From assembly GCA_963713045.1 (NCBI GenBank), contig CAVQKE010000003.1, positions 1,120,001 to 1,184,000 on the forward strand: a stretch of 64,000 nucleotides of DNA, written 5' to 3'. This document shows positions 26,749 to 36,428 of this stretch, in pieces; position 1 is the stretch's first letter; each line of letters begins with the position of its first letter. The notes beneath the pieces were generated by a model. That model saw only the letters and a list, made by a program, of their open reading frames with translations, had not been told where the DNA came from and made no database searches. The position numbers and the translations under genes are program-made. The DNA comes from an uncultured delta proteobacterium. GTDB taxonomy: Bacteria > Myxococcota > Myxococcia > Myxococcales > Myxococcaceae.

Positions 26749-29232
26749 TTACTTCCCCTTCTTCTCGTGCTGCGCGTTGGTGTGGCCGCTTCCCCCAGAG
26801 GGGTGCGACGTGCCGGGCGGTGCGGCGTGACTCTGCCCGCCGGGCGGCGCGGGATGGCCTCCGGGCGGTCCGGCGTGGCTCTGCGCCCCGGGAGGTCCGG
26901 CGTGGCTCTGCGCCCCGGGAGGTCCGGCATGGCTCTGCGCCCCGGGAGGTCCGGCATGGCTTCCCGCCCCGGGAGGTCCGGCATGGCTTCCCGCCGGGCC
27001 GGCCGAGGTCTGCCCTCCCGGAGGGTGGCCCGCGGGCGGCCCGGCGTGGCTTTGGGCGGCGGGCGAAACCGGATGGCCGGACGCCGCGGTGGACGGCCCC
27101 GCATGGCCGGGGTTGCCTGAGGAAACAGCGTGCCCGGAGGCGCCAGCCGCATACCCATTGGCGTGGGTGAGGGAAGGGCTTCCCACGTGGCTGGGCGCCG
27201 ACGCGGACTTCCATCCCCCTTGGTTGTCATGCTGCTGCCAGCTTCCATTCGGGTTTTGGCGCAACACGTTCCCGCGCCGGTCGGCCACGACATTCATCGA
27301 GCGCGCCGCTGGGCTGGCCGGGTGGCCCATGTAAACCGGACGCATGGGAGGCCGCTGCACCATCGCATGCGCGAATCCGGGGCGGGCGTAGAGGCCACCG
27401 GCGGGGTGGGCCCAAGCGCCGTAGCCGGGATGGCCGGCGTAGCCGGCGTACCCGCGGTAATACGGGGTGCCTGGCCGGTAGTAGGCCGCCCGGTACCCTG
27501 GGCTGTACCAGCCTCCGCCATAGGCGTAGGGCGGCGGCCGGTAACCGCCGGGCCCGTACCAAGCCCCGCCATACAAAGGCCGCCAAGCGGGGCGGTAATA
27601 GGCGCCGCCCCAGGTCGCGCCGTAGTAGAGGAAGCCGGCGCTGACTCCGACGCCGTAGCTCCAACCGGTGTAAGGGTTGTACGCCACGCCGAAGCCCCAC
27701 GTCACCGGCCGCGGGTAGTAGACGGCGCCGGAAACCCAGGGCCGGTAGACGTAGCCCGTTCCGTACACCACCGTCCCTCCATAGGCGTAGCAGCCGAGGT
27801 AGCCGGGGGTGTACCCGGTGTAAACGACGGTGGGCGTCGCTTGGTACACGTACACGTACCGGACGTTGTAGACGGGGCTGGCCGGCGGAATGGTTTGCAC
27901 CTGTGGGGGAACTGCGGTTGCAACACTCCACGGCCCAGTTGGGCCGGGCGCCAGGTACCAGACACCGTTGACCACGGAGTAGTAGGTGCCATCAATCTGG
28001 AGGACCGAGCCCGGGCTGTTGACGGCGTAGGAGACGCCTGGTGCAGCGCCGGCGATGGGCTGGAAGTCCGGCTGCCCGTCATAGGTGGGTGGCGTCGGCG
28101 GCGGGGCGTCGCGCTTCACCTCGGCAGTCTGGGGAATCTCCGCGTCGGCGACGGCCTGCTTGGCTTCCGGCGTGCCGGAGACGAAGGCCAGGACATTCCC
28201 GGCGGGCGAGGCGGCTGGAATTTTCGCGAAGTCCGGCGGAAGTTTGTCGGACGGCACGTACCTCCAGGGGCCATTGAAGGCCGGCGCGGTGTACCAGCGA
28301 CCGGCGAGCACCACGAAGACACGCTGACTCGTCAAGTCGCGGAAGATGCTCTCGTCCGCGTTGGTCACCTGCAGCAGCTGTGTGTCGTTGACGGGCGCGA
28401 AATTCGGCGGCCCCTTGGTGACCACCAGTTCGGTTGGCTCGGTGGCCACCACCACCCGCGGGGGGGTGGCGTCTTTGGCCACCGGCTCGCTCTGGTCTTT
28501 CTTGTCCCCTTTGGCCACCACCGCGGCCACCTCCGGCGGAGGCACAGGGATGACGGTCCACGGGCCTTGGAGGACGTCGTAGGCCTGGTACCAGATGGCT
28601 CCGTTGGTCAGGTAGTAACTCTGGGCACGCGGGTCGTAGAAGAGGGGGAACGGCGTGTTGACGACGGCGTCGATGCCCGACTTTTCAATGGGCCGCCGGA
28701 TGGGCTGCCCATCCAACAGCACCAGGACGGTGGGCTCTGTCGCGAAGAGGATTTTCGGCGGGTCAAACTTGAGCTCCGGCGCTGTCGAGTGCTCCTCCTG
28801 CGTGTCGGCCAGCCCTTCGGTGAGGCGGTCCAGCGGGAAGGTGACGTTGGCCAGTTGCTGTTCGACCAGGCTGGCCAGGATGGCTTGGGTGTCCGAGGCC
28901 GAATCCGGAAGTTTAACCTCCGTCACTTTGGCGCTGGCCACTTGCACCAAGCGTTGTTCGCGGTCGGTGTTGACTTGTGCCGTAAACCACAGGGCGCCAA
29001 ATAAGGGCTCCGTCTTGCCGGTTGGCGTCAGGGAGAAGGCGGCGCGCGCATTCAGCGTCTGGCCTTGAAAGGTGTCGGGTTGCGGCTCATAGAGGACAAG
29101 CGCCCCGGCTTGCGAGTCGAGTTGCCTGGGCCAACCCGGGTCCGTCGCCTGGTCCTGCTGCGCGTTCGCCGCCCCTCCCCAGGCCAGTTGCGCGGCCAGG
29201 GCAAACCCAATCCAGCACGTCTTTGCAGCCAT
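26749..29232 (-). CDS. Large secreted protein of unknown function with a Tyr/Gly/Pro-rich region and a His-containing repeat tail
   Basis: Signal peptide ending ANA-Q; folded N-terminal region with repeated GxWY..GPW units, then low-complexity sequence. Confidence 0.85.
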   Translation of the reverse strand: MAAKTCWIGFALAAQLAWGGAANAQQDQATDPGWPRQLDSQAGALVLYEPQPDTFQGQTLNARAAFSLTPTGKTEPLFGALWFTAQVNTDREQRLVQVASAKVTEVKLPDSASDTQAILASLVEQQLANVTFPLDRLTEGLADTQEEHSTAPELKFDPPKILFATEPTVLVLLDGQPIRRPIEKSGIDAVVNTPFPLFYDPRAQSYYLTNGAIWYQAYDVLQGPWTVIPVPPPEVAAVVAKGDKKDQSEPVAKDATPPRVVVATEPTELVVTKGPPNFAPVNDTQLLQVTNADESIFRDLTSQRVFVVLAGRWYTAPAFNGPWRYVPSDKLPPDFAKIPAASPAGNVLAFVSGTPEAKQAVADAEIPQTAEVKRDAPPPTPPTYDGQPDFQPIAGAAPGVSYAVNSPGSVLQIDGTYYSVVNGVWYLAPGPTGPWSVATAVPPQVQTIPPASPVYNVRYVYVYQATPTVVYTGYTPGYLGCYAYGGTVVYGTGYVYRPWVSGAVYYPRPVTWGFGVAYNPYTGWSYGVGVSAGFLYYGATWGGAYYRPAWRPLYGGAWYGPGGYRPPPYAYGGGWYSPGYRAAYYRPGTPYYRGYAGYAGHPGYGAWAHPAGGLYARPGFAHAMVQRPPMRPVYMGHPASPAARSMNVVADRRGNVLRQNPNGSWQQHDNQGGWKSASAPSHVGSPSLTHANGYAAGASGHAVSSGNPGHAGPSTAASGHPVSPAAQSHAGPPAGHPPGGQTSAGPAGSHAGPPGAGSHAGPPGAQSHAGPPGAQSHAGPPGAQSHAGPPGGHPAPPGGQSHAAPPGTSHPSGGSGHTNAQHEKKGK
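26867..26995. repeat. Coding 27-bp tandem repeat, about 4.8 copies, encoding A(Q/G)SHAGPPG
   Basis: Unit GGTCCGGC(G/A)TGGCT(CTG/TCC)CGCCCCGGGA starts at 26867, 26894, 26921, 26948 and 26975 (partial). Confidence 0.95.
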
Positions 29233-29307
29233 GTGGAACCTCATGGTCAACCGTACGGGGCCACCGCCCCGCTTATTCACCTGCCAACCTCGTCCGCCGG
29301 GGCAGGG

Positions 29308-30057
29308 CTAGAGGACGTCGCAAGGCGTCCCGAGTGGCTCGCCGACGTACACCCCCAACTCTGAATAGATGAGGCGCACGTTCTCCTCGAGGGGCAACAG
29401 GTGGAGCGGCGTGCGCACCTTCCCCTTCACCCAGACGCTCTCTTTCTTGTCCAGCACCAGCCGCAGCTCGCCTGAACGGGTGGTGAAAATGTCGCCCTCG
29501 GAATCGCTCACCACATTCGTCATGTGCAGGGGCTTGAGTTGAGCGCGCGGCCCGGCCCACAGACGAAAGTCCAACTGGCCGTCTTCGCGCGAGCGGTCGA
29601 CGTAGTAGTAGTTGCCAGTCTCGTCGCGCGCGAGGGCATAGGCCCGCCGTGTCCAGCGCGGTGGCCTGAAGGTGGCCGAGGCCAAGAGAGCCTGGGCCCG
29701 CTCCTCAGCCGTCGGTTGAAAGACGGTGGTCCGCTCCCCGCAGCCCAGTCGGTAGACGCCGTCCTTCAGCCAGAAGTCCGCGTGGCCATGCGGGACCCGC
29801 GGCTCCCAGAAAAACCTCTGGAAGGCGACCTCTCCATCGGTGCCGCCACCAAAAACGCGCTGCGCCCAGAAGGTTTTCCCATCGCCCCAGTAGAAGTGAC
29901 TCCACATGTCCCCGCCGAAGGGGATGAGCACCAGGTAGTGGCCCTTGGCGTCGTCGAAGACGCGCAGCTGCGCTTTGACAGCGCTGACGTCCAGCGGACT
30001 GTCGGCTGGCGCGGTGGCCGCGAGGAGGGAAAAAACGGCGAGGACGGCCGGGGACAT
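29308..30057 (-). CDS. Hypothetical secreted protein
   Basis: Signal-peptide-like N-terminus; aromatic beta-rich body; ends LGTPCDVL. Confidence 0.78.
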   Translation of the reverse strand: MSPAVLAVFSLLAATAPADSPLDVSAVKAQLRVFDDAKGHYLVLIPFGGDMWSHFYWGDGKTFWAQRVFGGGTDGEVAFQRFFWEPRVPHGHADFWLKDGVYRLGCGERTTVFQPTAEERAQALLASATFRPPRWTRRAYALARDETGNYYYVDRSREDGQLDFRLWAGPRAQLKPLHMTNVVSDSEGDIFTTRSGELRLVLDKKESVWVKGKVRTPLHLLPLEENVRLIYSELGVYVGEPLGTPCDVL

Positions 30058-30202
30058 CGCGAGGGCCAAGCAGCCTCCGTCGGGTGCGGCGGAAGGGAAG
30101 TATAGCCGACGGGCCTGCGGCACCTGCCCGGGGGGACACCGCCCGCCCAGCCCGCTGGGGCCTCCCGGGGCCAGCTGCCTGTTAAAGTCCGGTCTTCCGA
30201 AT

Positions 30203-31966
30203 ATGGGCACCCAGGACGCGCTTTCCATTGGTGGTGTCGTCGCCGACACGTACCGAGTGACTCACCTGCTGGGCCGCGGAGGGATGGGGGCCGTCTGGGC
30301 CGCCGAGCACCTCCGGCTTCCCGGCCGCCAGGTGGCAGTCAAGGTGCTGCTCGGCGCAGGCGTGACATCCGGCGAGGCCTTCGCGCGCTTCCGTCGGGAA
30401 GCGGAGATTGCGTCCCGGCTGGGGCACCCACACATCGTGCAAGTCCTCGACTTCCACACCCTGCCCACCGGCGAGCCGTACATCGTGCTCGAGCTGCTCC
30501 GTGGGGAAACTCTGGCGCAAAGGCTTCAGCGCGGCCCGCTGCAGCTGGACGAGGCGATGGCCATTGCTCGGCAGGTGGGCTCTGCGCTGCAGGCCGCGCA
30601 CCGGGCGGGCGTGGTGCACCGGGACCTCAAGCCGGACAACGTCTTCCTCTGCGCCCAACAGGACGAGATGCCGGGCCCCAACGTGAAGGTGCTGGACTTC
30701 GGCATTTCCAAAATCCGCGGCTCCCAGACGGTGGCCACCCAGGACGCTGTCCTGATTGGAACGCCGCAGTACATGGCGCCCGAGCAAGCCCTGGGGCGCA
30801 ACACGGCCATCGACGCCCGGACTGACGTCTTTGCCCTGGGCGCCATCGTGTACGAGATGCTGGGAGGAAGCCCCGCCTTCGGGGGCAATTCGCTGGCCGA
30901 AGTGGTGTACAAGGTGGTGCACGCTCAGCCCCAGCCGCTGGCGCAGCTGCGGACGGCCCTGCCTCTGAATGTGCTGTCGGCGGTGGACCGCGCGCTGCAG
31001 AAGGACCCCGCGCTGCGGCCGGCAGATGTGAATTCCTTCGTCGCCGAACTGACCGGACGGCCGCTGACGGTGCCAGCCTCCGGCCCCCAGACACAGCCCC
31101 TGGACGCGACGCTGGCCAGTCCCGCCCAGCCGATTCCCCTCTCCGACGCCGCCACCGACGCCACCTTCACCCCGGCCACCCCAGTGCCCGTGCCGCGACA
31201 GACGCAAGCCGTGACTGCCCCGGTGCCGATGCAGCCCTGGCCGACGCCGGCCGCCTCGCCGCCGCCCCTGCCCGCCTCGGCCTGGCCGGCCCCCTTTTCA
31301 AGCCAGGCTGTCCCCAAGGCAGTACTGGTGGGACCCGTGCAAGGGGGCCCCTTGGTGCCGACGCCCCCGCCTCGACGGCGCACCGGGCGACGGGTGCTGC
31401 TGGCCGTCGTCGTCCTGGCCGCCTTCCTGGGCGTCTTCCGGACGGTGAAGCACGCGGCCGTTCTGCACCAAGCCCGCCTGGCCGCGCAGACGTTGGCCGA
31501 ACAGACGGGCCAGGCGTTGCAGGACAGCGCCGCAGACGACAAGGACCTCCAACAGGGCCTTCAGGAAGTGAAGCAGGGCATTCGCCAGGCACTCAACGCC
31601 GGGGACGATGGGCTGGCCGCGGCCAAGGCCGCCATGGAGAAGGCGAAGGGGCTGAAGGCCGCTGCGGAGGCCAAGACGCAAGCGTCCACGGACAGCGCGC
31701 CCTCCGGCCTGCCGCCGGAGGTGAGCGAGCTGCTCTCGGAAGCCGAGGATGCGCTGTCTGACGACGACCCCAAGCTTGCCCTTCGGCTGGCAGAGCAAAG
31801 CTTCTTCAGCAAGAAGACGAGCGCCGGCTGGGCGGTGAAGGCCCGGGCCCATTGCCAACTGAAGGACTTGGGCAATGCCCGGGCGGCCCTGGCCAACGTC
31901 ACCGGGAGGGCGGCGCGCGCCGAAGTGCTGGCGGACTGCAAGGAGCACGGCGTCGACCTGCGCTAG
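30203..31966 (+). CDS. Membrane-anchored Ser/Thr protein kinase
   Basis: GRGGMG, VAVK, HRDLKPDN, DFG and GTPQYMAPE motifs; Pro-rich linker, TM helix, helical TPR-like C-terminus. Confidence 0.95.
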   Translation: MGTQDALSIGGVVADTYRVTHLLGRGGMGAVWAAEHLRLPGRQVAVKVLLGAGVTSGEAFARFRREAEIASRLGHPHIVQVLDFHTLPTGEPYIVLELLRGETLAQRLQRGPLQLDEAMAIARQVGSALQAAHRAGVVHRDLKPDNVFLCAQQDEMPGPNVKVLDFGISKIRGSQTVATQDAVLIGTPQYMAPEQALGRNTAIDARTDVFALGAIVYEMLGGSPAFGGNSLAEVVYKVVHAQPQPLAQLRTALPLNVLSAVDRALQKDPALRPADVNSFVAELTGRPLTVPASGPQTQPLDATLASPAQPIPLSDAATDATFTPATPVPVPRQTQAVTAPVPMQPWPTPAASPPPLPASAWPAPFSSQAVPKAVLVGPVQGGPLVPTPPPRRRTGRRVLLAVVVLAAFLGVFRTVKHAAVLHQARLAAQTLAEQTGQALQDSAADDKDLQQGLQEVKQGIRQALNAGDDGLAAAKAAMEKAKGLKAAAEAKTQASTDSAPSGLPPEVSELLSEAEDALSDDDPKLALRLAEQSFFSKKTSAGWAVKARAHCQLKDLGNARAALANVTGRAARAEVLADCKEHGVDLR

Positions 31967-31980
31967 GGTGGGCGCCCACC

Positions 31981-32415
31981 ATGCGTTATCCGGCCCGTCT
32001 CGCGCATCTGGCCACCCGCGCGGTGGTGGTCGCCAAGCTGTCGCCCAGCTACGCCGCCGCCCACAGCCTTGACGACGAAGAGGCGCGCACCCGCCTGCAG
32101 GCCGCCCTCTCCGGCAGCCTTCTAGAAGACGTGCTCGCCTCCACCTGGAGCGCCTTGGTGGCCGGGACGAAGCGACTGAACGAGGAAGGCCTGTTGGAGA
32201 AGGTGGCCAAGTCGCTTCAGGACCGGCCCTTGCGTCCGGGCCGCGCCGTCGAAGCCACCCCCGGCTGGAGTGCCTTTCTTGTGTTGGCGGACCTCTCTGC
32301 GGGCACCGCCAGCGAGTCCGCCCGGCGCCTGATGGAGAGTGACGCGGGTCGGGCTCGGGCGAGCGCCGGCTTGGCCGAGGTGGGCGCCTACCTCGCCCGC
32401 GAGTTGACGCGTTAG
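31981..32415 (+). CDS. Hypothetical protein
   Basis: ATG at 31981 shortly after the kinase stop; helical, protein-like sequence. Confidence 0.7.
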   Translation: MRYPARLAHLATRAVVVAKLSPSYAAAHSLDDEEARTRLQAALSGSLLEDVLASTWSALVAGTKRLNEEGLLEKVAKSLQDRPLRPGRAVEATPGWSAFLVLADLSAGTASESARRLMESDAGRARASAGLAEVGAYLARELTR

Positions 32416-32495
32416 CCGAGAGCCCCCCCACCTGGCAGCCACCCCCCTTCACCCGTTATAGGCTTGGGCCGCTTCGTCCTGCAGCGCTGCCGTCG

Positions 32496-33671
32496 ATGTC
32501 CGGAACACTTCCCACCCAGGTCAAGCTGCTCGAGTCCATTCGAGACGTGTCCCAGAGCGCGTGGGATGCGCTGCTGGACGCCCAGGCGGCCCCGTTTTTG
32601 GAGTGGGCCTGGCTGGACGCCCTCGAATCCAGCGGCAGCGTCCGGTTGCGGACCGGCTGGGGACCACGCCACTTCACCCTCTGGCGGGGAAACCACTTGG
32701 TGGCGGCGGCACCCGCCTACCTGAAGGAGGACAGCCACGGCGAATTCGTCTTCGACTGGTCTTGGGCCACCGCTGCCGAGCGCGTCGGCTTGCGTTACTA
32801 CCCCAAACTCATCCTGGCGGCGCCCCTCACCCCGGCCACTGGGCGGCGCATCTTGGTGGCAGCGGGCGAGGACCGCCTGGCGCGCACCAAGGAAGTGATG
32901 CGGGCGGCCTTGGAATACGCCCGCAGCGAGGGGCTCTCCTCGCTGCACGTGCTGTTTCCCACCGAGGAGGAGGCCCAGCTGCTGGAGGAGGAGGGCTTCG
33001 GCATCCGCCACGGCGTCCAGTACCACTTCCTGAACGAGGGGTATGGAAGCTTCGAGGAGGTGCTGGCCCGCTTTACCAGCAAGCGGCGAAACCAAATCCG
33101 ACGGGAGCGCCGCGCCACGGCCGAGCACCGGCTGCAGCTGCGCACGCTGAGGGAGGAGGCGCTGGCGGAGGTGGACCCCGACGAGGTGTACCGGCTGTAT
33201 GCCAGCACGGTGGACAAATTCGCCTGGGGGCGGCGGTACTTAACCCCGGACTTCTTCGTCCGGGTGTTGAAGAGCCTCCGCCACCGGGTGGAGCTGGTGC
33301 AGGCGGTCCGGTCCGGACGCGTCGTGGCCGGGGCCTTCAACGTCTGCGGCCCCGAAGCCCTGTACGGCCGCTATTGGGGATGCTTCGAGGAGGTGCCCTT
33401 TCTGCACTTCGACGTCTGCGTCTACCAGGGGATGGAGGAGACGGTGCGCCGGGGCCTCAAGCGCTTTGAACCTGGCGCGGGGGGCGAGCACAAGCTGGTG
33501 CGGGGCTTCTTGCCCCGGCTGACGTACAGCGCCCACTGGATTTTCCACGGCCCACTGGACCGGGCAGTCCGGGAATTTCTGGGGCACGAGCGAGCGGCCA
33601 TTGCCCAGGGCCTCCCCGCCTGGCGGGCCGAGACCGGCTTCAAGAAGCTGGACGAGGCCCCCCGTGGCTGA
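32496..33671 (+). CDS. FemAB-like GNAT-fold protein (DUF482 family)
   Basis: PFLEWAWLDALE, YLKEDSHGEFVFDWSWA, YYPKL, PLTPATG, LYGRYWG, LHFDVC and FEPGAGGEHKLVRGF motifs. Confidence 0.92.
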   Translation: MSGTLPTQVKLLESIRDVSQSAWDALLDAQAAPFLEWAWLDALESSGSVRLRTGWGPRHFTLWRGNHLVAAAPAYLKEDSHGEFVFDWSWATAAERVGLRYYPKLILAAPLTPATGRRILVAAGEDRLARTKEVMRAALEYARSEGLSSLHVLFPTEEEAQLLEEEGFGIRHGVQYHFLNEGYGSFEEVLARFTSKRRNQIRRERRATAEHRLQLRTLREEALAEVDPDEVYRLYASTVDKFAWGRRYLTPDFFVRVLKSLRHRVELVQAVRSGRVVAGAFNVCGPEALYGRYWGCFEEVPFLHFDVCVYQGMEETVRRGLKRFEPGAGGEHKLVRGFLPRLTYSAHWIFHGPLDRAVREFLGHERAAIAQGLPAWRAETGFKKLDEAPRG

Positions 33672-33996
33672 GCGCGCGCCTGGAACCCTGGCCGTGCCAG
33701 AGGTCAAGACGCAGCGCCGGGTGAAACGCCCACAGCTGTACCGCGTCCTGTTTCACAACGACAACTACACCACCCGCGACTTTGTGGTCGCGGTGCTCCG
33801 CCAGGTGTTCCACAAGAGTGAATCCGACGCGGTGGCCATCATGCTTCATGTCCACCACCAAGGCATTGGCGTGGCTGGCGTATATACCTACGACGTGGCG
33901 CGAACGAAAATCGAGATGGTGGAGAAGCTGGCCCGGGAGAATGAATTTCCCCTCCGGCTGACGATGGAACCGACTGAAACCTCTGAGGAGACTTGA
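33664..33996 (+). CDS. clpS: ClpAP adaptor ClpS
   Basis: YRVLFHNDNYT, FVV, MLHVHHQG and FPLRLTME motifs; directly upstream of clpA. Confidence 0.95.
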   Translation: MAERAPGTLAVPEVKTQRRVKRPQLYRVLFHNDNYTTRDFVVAVLRQVFHKSESDAVAIMLHVHHQGIGVAGVYTYDVARTKIEMVEKLARENEFPLRLTMEPTETSEET

Positions 33997-33997
33997 C

Positions 33998-36280
33998 GTG
34001 GCCACCCCCCTAATCGCCAAGGAGCTGCAAGCCAGCTTCCGCCAGGCACTGCAAGACGCAAAGGCGATGCGCCACGAGTACCTGACCCTCGAGCACCTGC
34101 TGTTGGCGCTGAGCAAAGAGGCCAAGACGCAGCGCGTCCTGGCGGCCTGCGGCGCCTCTGTGAAGCGCCTCCGGCAGCGGCTGGAGACCTTTCTGAAGGA
34201 CACGGTGGAGAAGCTTCCCGAGGGCGTCAGCGCTGAGCCGCAGCAAACCATCGGGATTGAACGGGTGCTGCAGCGGGCCGCCATTCACGCCCTGTCGGCC
34301 GACCAGAAAGTCATCGATGGCGGCGACGTCCTGGTGGCGATGTTCCGCGAGGACGAGAGCCACGCCCTGTACCTGCTGCAGCAGGAGGGCGTCACCAAGC
34401 TGGACCTCCTCAACTACCTCTCCCACGGCATCTCCAAGGGCGGCGAGACGGAGGAGGATGCCGAGGGGCAACCGAGCGGCCCGGAGGAGGAGGGGGCGCC
34501 AGTCCGAGACCCCCTCAAAGCCTTCGCCCTCAACCTGATGGTGGAGGCCGAGGAGGGGCGCATTGACCCGTTGATTGGGCGGGAGCGCGAACTTGAACGG
34601 ACGATGCAAGTGCTCTGCCGGCGGCGGAAGAACAACCCCATCTACGTCGGGGACTCAGGTGTCGGAAAGACGGCCATTGCCGAGGGGCTGGCCCTACGCA
34701 TCCACGAAGGCAACGTCCCGGACGCGCTGAAGGGGTCAATCATCTACTCGCTCGACATGGGGGCCGTCCTGGCGGGCACCAAGTTCCGCGGCCAATTCGA
34801 GGAGCGGCTGAAGGGCGTGCTGAAGGCGCTGCAAAAGCAGCCCAACGCCATCCTCTTCATCGACGAAATCCACACCATCGTCGGCGCCGGCGCCACCACC
34901 GGCGGCGGCAGCATCGAGGCGTCCAACATCCTCAAGCCGGTGCTCGCCTCGGGGCGCCTGCGCTGCATCGGCAGCACCACCTACCAGGAGTACAAGGCCA
35001 GCTTTGAACGGGACCGCGCCCTCGGCCGCCGGTTTCAGAAGATTGAAATCGGCGAGCCCTCCATCGAAGACAGCGTCCTCATCTTGCAGGGCCTGAAGAG
35101 TCGGTACGAGGAGCACCATGCGGTGGTCTACGACGAGGCCGCCATCCGCGGGGCAGTGGAGCTGGCCGCCAAGTACATCAACGAGCGGTTTTTGCCGGAC
35201 AAGGCCATCGACGTCATCGACGAGGGGGGCGCGGCCGACCGGCTTCGCCCGGTGGACCAGCGCACCGGCCGGGTCACCCTGCACGACGTGGAGGCGGTGG
35301 TGGCCAAAATGGCCAAAATTCCAGAGAAAAGCGTCTCCGCCTCGGAGCGCGACTCACTGGCCAACCTCGAGCCTCAGCTGCGGTTGGTCATCTACGGCCA
35401 GGACCCGGCCATCCACGAATTGGTGGCGGCCATCAAGCTGGCGCGCTCCGGGCTGCGCAGCCCGGAAAAGCCCATCGGCAGCTTCCTCTTCTCAGGCCCC
35501 ACCGGCGTCGGGAAGACGGAGCTGGCCAAGCAGCTGGCGCGGGTGCTGGGCGTGGAATTCCTGCGCTTCGACATGAGTGAGTACTCCGAGCAACACACCG
35601 TCAGCCGGCTGATTGGCGCCCCGCCGGGCTACGTCGGATTCGACCAGGGAGGCCTCCTCACCGACGCCATCCGCAAGCACCCCTATTCGGTGCTCCTCCT
35701 GGACGAGATTGAGAAGGCGCACCCGGAGCTCTTCAACGTCCTGCTTCAAGTGATGGACCACGCCACCCTGACCGACAACAACGGGCGGAAGGCAGACTTC
35801 CGAAACGTGGTGCTCATCCTCACCACCAACGCCGGCGCCCGGGAGATGAGTGCCAAGACGGTCGGCTTCGGGGACACGGTGAGTGGGCCCGACACCAGCA
35901 AGGCCAAGAAGGCCATCGAGCGCACCTTCACTCCGGAATTCCGCAACCGGTTGGACGGATGGCTTCTCTTCGCCGGCCTCAGCCCGGACACCATTCTCCA
36001 GGTGGTGGACAAGGAAGTGCGGCTGCTGCAGGAGCAGCTGAGTGAGAAGAAGGTGACTCTGGAGTTGTCAGCCGCGGCGCGGGGCTGGCTCGCCGAGAAC
36101 GGCTATGACCCGCACTTCGGCGCGCGGCCGATGGCGCGCCTGGTGGACCAACAGCTGAAGAAGGCGCTTGCCGAGTCGCTCCTCTTCGGTGAGTTGCGCG
36201 CGGGCGGCGTCGCCCACTTCGACCTCAACGAGGCGAAGGACGGCCTTCAGTTTCAGGCGCGCCCGCTGCTGGTGGCCTAG
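33998..36280 (+). CDS. clpA: ATP-dependent Clp protease ATP-binding subunit ClpA
   Basis: RHEYLTLEHLLLAL; two AAA+ modules (GDSGVGKT, GPTGVGKT); VGF ClpP-docking loop; GARPM; no long middle domain. Confidence 0.97.
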   Translation: MATPLIAKELQASFRQALQDAKAMRHEYLTLEHLLLALSKEAKTQRVLAACGASVKRLRQRLETFLKDTVEKLPEGVSAEPQQTIGIERVLQRAAIHALSADQKVIDGGDVLVAMFREDESHALYLLQQEGVTKLDLLNYLSHGISKGGETEEDAEGQPSGPEEEGAPVRDPLKAFALNLMVEAEEGRIDPLIGRERELERTMQVLCRRRKNNPIYVGDSGVGKTAIAEGLALRIHEGNVPDALKGSIIYSLDMGAVLAGTKFRGQFEERLKGVLKALQKQPNAILFIDEIHTIVGAGATTGGGSIEASNILKPVLASGRLRCIGSTTYQEYKASFERDRALGRRFQKIEIGEPSIEDSVLILQGLKSRYEEHHAVVYDEAAIRGAVELAAKYINERFLPDKAIDVIDEGGAADRLRPVDQRTGRVTLHDVEAVVAKMAKIPEKSVSASERDSLANLEPQLRLVIYGQDPAIHELVAAIKLARSGLRSPEKPIGSFLFSGPTGVGKTELAKQLARVLGVEFLRFDMSEYSEQHTVSRLIGAPPGYVGFDQGGLLTDAIRKHPYSVLLLDEIEKAHPELFNVLLQVMDHATLTDNNGRKADFRNVVLILTTNAGAREMSAKTVGFGDTVSGPDTSKAKKAIERTFTPEFRNRLDGWLLFAGLSPDTILQVVDKEVRLLQEQLSEKKVTLELSAAARGWLAENGYDPHFGARPMARLVDQQLKKALAESLLFGELRAGGVAHFDLNEAKDGLQFQARPLLVA

Positions 36281-36428
36281 CCGGCGGCCGGCGCTCCTCC
36301 AGCGGCTCGTCCGGGCCCGCCTCGCGCGGACCAAACGGCTCGTCCGACTCCGGCCCGAACGGCGGTGGCGTCGGCCACGGGTCCAGCGGGGCGCGGTGCC
36401 GAGGCATGCGAGGCGTCTTGTCATTCAT
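36225..36428 (-). CDS. Candidate 67-aa Pro/Glu-rich small protein overlapping the clpA 3' end
   Basis: GGAGG 7 nt before ATG 36428; upstream TTGACC-18nt-TACACA; low-complexity product. Confidence 0.35.
   Translation of the reverse strand: MNDKTPRMPRHRAPLDPWPTPPPFGPESDEPFGPREAGPDEPLEERRPPARPPAAGAPETEGRPSPR

Noticed and set aside
26867..26995. Tandem repeat considered as a CRISPR array
   Set aside because: Units are contiguous with no unique spacers, keep the reading frame, and no cas genes are present.
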